Shown: positions 60,184 to 64,000 of the stretch, in pieces | Numbering within the stretch: position 1 is the first letter of the stretch | How the letters are laid out: every line of letters begins with the position of its first letter | NCBI GenBank assembly: GCA_964016885.1 | Contig: OZ024743.1 | Span: 108,252,001-108,316,000, forward strand | Length of the DNA stretch: 64,000 bases | DNA from: Eledone cirrhosa | Taxonomy: Eukaryota | Direction: 5' to 3' | Translations under genes and position numbers: made by a program | The notes under the pieces: model-generated | What the model was told of the DNA's origin: nothing | The model's database searches: none | The model's input: the letters and a program-made list of their open reading frames with translations, nothing else

Positions 60184-60378
60184 ATAGGAACGAGTTGGAC
60201 CCCGACGGCTGAGCTCAAGCCGTTTCGACGGCTAATACTGGACAGAATTAGCCGTCGAAAACGGCTTCAGCTCAGCCGTCGGGGTCCTACTCGTTCCTAT
60301 TACCCACTCTACTACCCTAAGTATTGAGTACTTTGGTGCGTTATGGTTCATCTGGTTCCTTACCGCATTTCCTTCGTT
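60184..60378 (+). mobile_element. Family C copy 4, fold-back
   Basis: About 57-bp arms 60184-60240 / 60243-60300 and tail 60301-60378. (TA)n flanks. Confidence 0.85.
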
Positions 60379-60387
60379 ATATATATA

Positions 60388-60424
<37 letters not shown>

Positions 60425-60461
60425 CATTTATGTATTATATATATATATATATATATACATT

Positions 60462-60550
<89 letters not shown>

Positions 60551-60681
60551 TATATATATGTATGTATATATATATATATATATATAAATATATATATATA
60601 TTATATATCATATATATATATATATATATCGAGAGAGATATAGATAGATAGATAGAGACGAGAAAGAGCGAGAGAGAGAGA

Positions 60682-60761
<80 letters not shown>

Positions 60762-62678
60762 TGTGCGTGTATGTGTATATATAGTGAAAACGCTATATAT
60801 GTCTTCAAACCATTTGATTTATTTTTCTTTTATTTCTTTATTATTCATTAACTATCCATTGAGAAGAGTTCATTTATGTCAGCATCCGCACACTTTTGCC
60901 TTTGTTGGTAGCCATTTATAATCATATCATTGGTTCACTTCCTCTCTTTCCCTTACATTCCCTCACATTCAAGATCAAAAGTGGGTTCGAAAGGATGGTG
61001 ACGACTGTTTTTGGAGGTCTTTCGGCTTTTCCTTTGTTGATGTTTGATATTTTTCTTTCGTGATTTTAGTGTGTGTGTTTTTTGTTTTGTTTTTCGGAAG
61101 TCATTTCGTCATTGTTTTCATAGGAAGCCAAAACAACAACTCACAAAACACCGCAACAATAACAGAAAAATAATAAAATAAAATATAACAACCCTAAGCT
61201 TAAGTTGAATATATTGTACGGAAGAACTTCGACATACAAAGCTTTGATGAGAAGTGCAGAAGTCCTACGTTAATGTAAACACAAATCAATTTACTTAGAA
61301 GGACCACGAGACCACCAGATGAAATATAGAGCGCTAAAACAGTTGATGTAGTGCTACAAGGTGGTAGTGGCAGTAATGGCTGTTGTAGTTGTTGAACGAA
61401 AAGACATATGATCAAATGTATTCCACTGGTTCCCATATCCGGAATTTACCAGGTTTTCTTCATAAACGCACACACATACACACACTTCTATTTGCTGTGT
61501 GAGTGAGAGTGTTTATGACAGTAGAGTGTAATTTGAGTAGAGATTAGCATCTATTTCTAGGAGGTCGAGCGACATCGTAAATGATCTTTCGTTGATATCT
61601 GTCTTCGCAGTTGTGAATATTTTAATTTCCTCGACAATCCTGATCGAGAAAACCAACAATGAAAAGCATTCCAGACATGGTACACTTCTACTCATTGTAT
61701 ACCATTCCAAATTTTAGCACTTTAGACACACAGTGGTTAAAGAAAACGTTGTTGGGCACAAGTAGAATTTCTTTCTTCAGCTCTCTACTGTTTTTGTAGT
61801 GTCTGGTGCTTAGAAACATAGTACATTTAGGCTTACATTACACAATATCTCTTTCCGTTATAGAAGACGATATGGAATGAATTGAGGGACATTTCACTGC
61901 TATATCTAACTGATGGAGCAAATAATTAAACTAAAACTTGTAGTGGTGAATTTTCTTTCCTACAAGTGTTATAATGATAGGAAGATACGAGGTTTGGCTA
62001 GGATAAATTTCACTTTGGGCCAATAGGAGTAGGCAGAAACCCGAGAAGATGAAGACAACCAATATATTATATACTATAGACAAATTTCATTTGATCCTTG
62101 ACAAGTGATAGTCAGATGGAAGTTTAGGATAAGGGCATAAGCCAGCATCTTAATAACAACCCCACACACATATTCACATACAAATATGAAACATACAGAC
62201 ACCCAAACGGCTGTCTATGGGCCTGTGTGTGTGTATATATATATGTGTGTGTGTGTTTGTGTGTACCAATGTGTCTGTGTGTACATAAGAAACTTCATCA
62301 CTTTATTTTAAATATGTATAAAATTACATCTACTTTATATATACCCGGTCAAGTTAATGATACTTGACATAATGAGGCTCCACGTGTGTTTGTGTATGTG
62401 TATGTGTGTGTTAATATTTAGCGCAAGTATGTATTTGTTTGTTTTAGACGGAGAGATGAAGATACAGTCAGTAGATAATGATAACTTGAAATGTCACCCT
62501 AAGAACACGTGTTTATATATATCACTCTCATACGCACATGCATACGCACATACATGTGCACACACATGGATACATACGTACGTACGCACACACGCACGCA
62601 TATATATATAGTATATATATATATATATATAATATATATATATTTATACATATATATTTATATATATCTATATATATC

Positions 62679-62713
<35 letters not shown>

Positions 62714-62717
62714 GGAG

Positions 62718-62797
<80 letters not shown>

Positions 62798-63032
62798 GAG
62801 AGAGCGCGCGCGAGAGAGCGAGCGAGAGCCGCGCTTGAAGCGAGTGACGTCAGACATAGATATAGAGGAAACATCGACCCCAATACAATACTGGTACTTT
62901 ACTATCTCGTAATTAGGACAGTGAGAGTTAAGTACATTGAGATATTGAACCCAGATCAAAGTTTGTCCGGATCAAATAACGGGACATTTTTAATTTGACG
63001 CCCTAGACTGTTCAATCGCGGCCATATATATA

Positions 63033-63066
<34 letters not shown>

Positions 63067-63106
63067 TATATATATATATATATATATATATACTATATAT
63101 ATATTA

Positions 63107-63151
<45 letters not shown>

Positions 63152-63284
63152 ATAAATCTACTAACATATACGGTAGTGTCTAATCCGTATGAAGAACTGA
63201 ATGTAATCCCAATATAGAAGATATCATTAAAAGAGAAGATGCATTCAACACTTTTCGATAAAAATAAAGGAATAGAGAGTCAAG

Positions 63285-63642
63285 ATAAATTAATAAAAAC
63301 AAAGAAATAAACACAGAGACCGTTCCTTATAATAAAAAAAATCATTATTTACGATCGTTTCTGGGATGTATATGTGTGTTGGTATGTATATCATCTAGAT
63401 CTATGTAAACATATTACAATTATCAGAGGAAATATACATACCTTCACATATACACATACATTTCTGTGGACGGCATGTATATGTGAAGGTATCTATATTT
63501 CCTCTGATAATTTGTAATATTTTAACACAGATCTAGATGATATACATACCAACACACATATACATCCCAGAAACGATCGTAAAATGCTGATTTTTTTAAT
63601 ATAAGGAACTTGGTTTTTCTGTTTATTTTATTGTTTTTATTA

Positions 63643-63648
<6 letters not shown>
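63285..63648. mobile_element. Fold-back element family G (second, single-arm copy at 29580-29760)
   Basis: Arms ~63285-63454 / 63476-63648. Degenerate hammerhead CT(A)GATGA...GAAAC-GATC-GTA at 63533-63581. The right end joins (TA)n. Confidence 0.75.
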
Positions 63649-63692
<44 letters not shown>

Positions 63693-64000
63693 CAATGTGT
63701 TTAAAACGATTAAATTTTAGTTTAGAACATTTATTAGTTGACAATTGTTTCTTCCAGAGGGAAGTCTCGATTCTTCGGAGGATAAGGAATGTCAAAAAAC
63801 ACTTGAAAATTTGCATTGAGCCTTTTGTCATATCGGTACCGGTTAGTACTTAGTACTACCCTACATATTTATTGTTGTATCAAACATATATAAATATAAA
63901 TATAAATATTACTAGTATATATATATATATAGATATATATATATATGTATGTATATGTATATGTATATGTATATGTTGTATGCATGTATGAATGTTTCTT

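Overview
AT-rich, microsatellite-saturated eukaryotic non-coding DNA (intronic or intergenic). The SINE content suggests an octopod/cephalopod genome (inference). There is one 200-N gap (58665-58864). No intact protein-coding gene can be supported: almost all supplied ORFs are translations of (TA)n, (CA)n, (GA)n or trinucleotide repeats. Real content: about 16 copies of one tRNA-derived SINE plus other SINEs; decayed non-LTR retrotransposon fragments (R4/Dong, Tx1/L1, CR1-like, RTE, CRE); one mariner-type MITE; and, most strikingly, at least 6-7 families of short non-coding elements embedded in (TA)n. Many of these are fold-back (inverted-repeat) insertions. Several carry a type-I hammerhead ribozyme core of the Penelope-like-element (PLE) type. 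They share a fixed inversion breakpoint just upstream of a conserved ACTC...GAGT stem in a single-copy 3' tail. All alignments, translations and folds were done by eye, so coordinates are approximate to a few bases.
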